The notes below the pieces were generated by a model. That model ran no database searches, was not told the origin of the DNA, and worked only from the letters and a program-made list of their open reading frames with translations. A stretch of DNA of 64,000 nt from positions 19,977-83,976 of the forward strand of contig JAJYFT010000003.1 in the NCBI GenBank assembly GCA_021790815.1, read 5' to 3'. The DNA comes from Actinomycetes bacterium (GTDB lineage: Bacteria; Actinomycetota; Acidimicrobiia; Acidimicrobiales; JABEUL01). Made by a program: the position numbers and the translations under genes. Every line of letters begins with the position of its first letter. Position 1 is the first letter of the stretch. Below, in pieces: positions 63,696 through 64,000 of this stretch.

Positions 63696-63770
63696 AGTTT
63701 GGGATTTCCTTTCTTTTTAATGTCTAAATTAACAATAGAACAGGAGATCCCAACTAACAATCATTTGAAA

Positions 63771-64000
63771 CTAAAATTTCAAGAGTAAACATGAGTCAAA
63801 CACAACTTTCACGTATAGCTCTACAAGGTGAGTTTGACCTTTTGGAGATGATTCCTGCGTCAGCCTTATGATATCTTTAACTCTTGAATTAGAAATTGTC
63901 GGCTTCCTACCCCCCCCTGCCCTGCCTTTATCTATTTGGCTAAAATTTGCTAATCCAACTTTGGTTAGCTTGTCACGCCACAAAATTACAGTGCTTGGAG
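63771..64000 (-). mobile_element. IS630-family transposase N-terminal remnant, running off the window edge
   Basis: PSTVILWRDK..GL..GR..GRKPTI..PKGQTH resembles the IS630 HTH region before THWS; similarity is lost after TH. Confidence 0.7.

Overview
This is the core translation/transcription supercluster of an actinobacterium. Two WhiB proteins, GuaB3, MptB, the actinobacterial RpoC insertion and the gene order support that call. Extensions on uS3, uL15 and SecE and the IF1/Map N-termini point to Acidimicrobiia, but GC is low (about 40% by eye). Almost everything from 2.7 to 62.2 kb is on the minus strand: tRNA-Tyr, mptB, tRNA-Thr/Met, rpmG, an ECF sigma/anti-sigma pair, tRNA-Trp, secE-nusG-rplKA-rplJL-rpoBC, the str, S10, spc and alpha operons, truA, rplM-rpsI, glmM-glmS-acpS-nnr-alr-udg-tsaEB-rimI-tsaD, CIRCE-groESL, a Nudix gene, a 1371-aa surface protein, and guaB3-guaA-whiB-ftcD. 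The left end has vWA, whiB and REC/HD-GYP genes. The right end has yajQ and decayed IS256/IS630 remnants. rpmJ and rpmG were missed by the ORF track and are added here. I found no CRISPR, prophage or defence island. The best leads are: (1) acidic tails on uL22 and uL29, the uL22 tail built from a near-perfect 93-bp repeat whose peptide resembles the uS3 tail; (2) the surface protein, with three N-terminal repeats plus nine Cys-paired Ig-like domains and no known anchor; (3) structured leaders with their own promoters before rplC, tuf and rpoB; (4) a probable CUG start for infA; (5) a tRNA-Trp with a 4-bp anticodon stem.
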